A DNA stretch of 64,000 nt from positions 12,586,001 through 12,650,000 of the forward strand of contig NC_042997.1 in NCBI RefSeq assembly GCF_006345805.1, written 5' to 3'. The notes below the pieces were generated by a model. That model had not been told where the DNA came from, ran no database searches, and was given only the letters and a program-made list of their open reading frames with translations. Position 1 is the stretch's first letter. Each line of letters opens with the position of its first letter. Of the stretch, positions 63,850 to 64,000 are shown in pieces. The position numbers were made by a program, and so were the translations under genes. Source of the DNA: Octopus sinensis (lineage: Eukaryota).

Positions 63850-63980
63850 CGCGATTCTTTCAGACCCCGTCTACTAAATCCACTCAGAAGGCTTTGATCG
63901 GTCCGAGGCTATTGTAGGAGACATTTGTCCAAACTGTCACGTTATGGGACTGAACCTGAAACCATGTGGCTGCGAAGCAA
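63850..63980 (-). mobile_element. SINE-A, 5' portion, degenerate
   Basis: Family match. Confidence 0.6.
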
Positions 63981-64000
63981 TATATACTTCGACACCCACA

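Overview
Repeat-saturated, AT-rich animal non-coding DNA. The tRNA-derived SINE families and the (TA)n/(TG)n/(TATC)n microsatellite load look like an octopod cephalopod, probably Octopus; this is pattern recognition, not a database match. I recognise no intact protein-coding gene. There are only 3 weak candidate exons (22001, 56737, 61025, + strand), and most ORFs in the track are translated microsatellites or repeats. The window holds many copies of at least 3 SINE groups (called SINE-A/B/C here), several with target-site duplications, and a dead maT (DD37D) transposon. It also holds R4/Dong-like, Tx1/L1-like and CR1-like LINE relics, Penelope-like elements (PLEs) of at least 2 types, MITE/foldback elements, 2 Helentron/DINE-like elements, a ~735-bp tandem duplication and a 100-N scaffold gap. 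The most striking layer is about 10 hammerhead-ribozyme (HHR) motifs from at least 5 sequence families, nearly all in or next to (TA)n arrays. Two have perfect cores with GUC sites (41229-41274 and 52936-53020, - strand); the first caps a ~146-nt rod-like hairpin inside the tandem-duplicated unit (retrozyme-like). SINE-B shares its 3' end with a Tx1-like LINE and forms multimers with a fixed junction. All folds and alignments were done by eye, and coordinates of degenerate elements are approximate.
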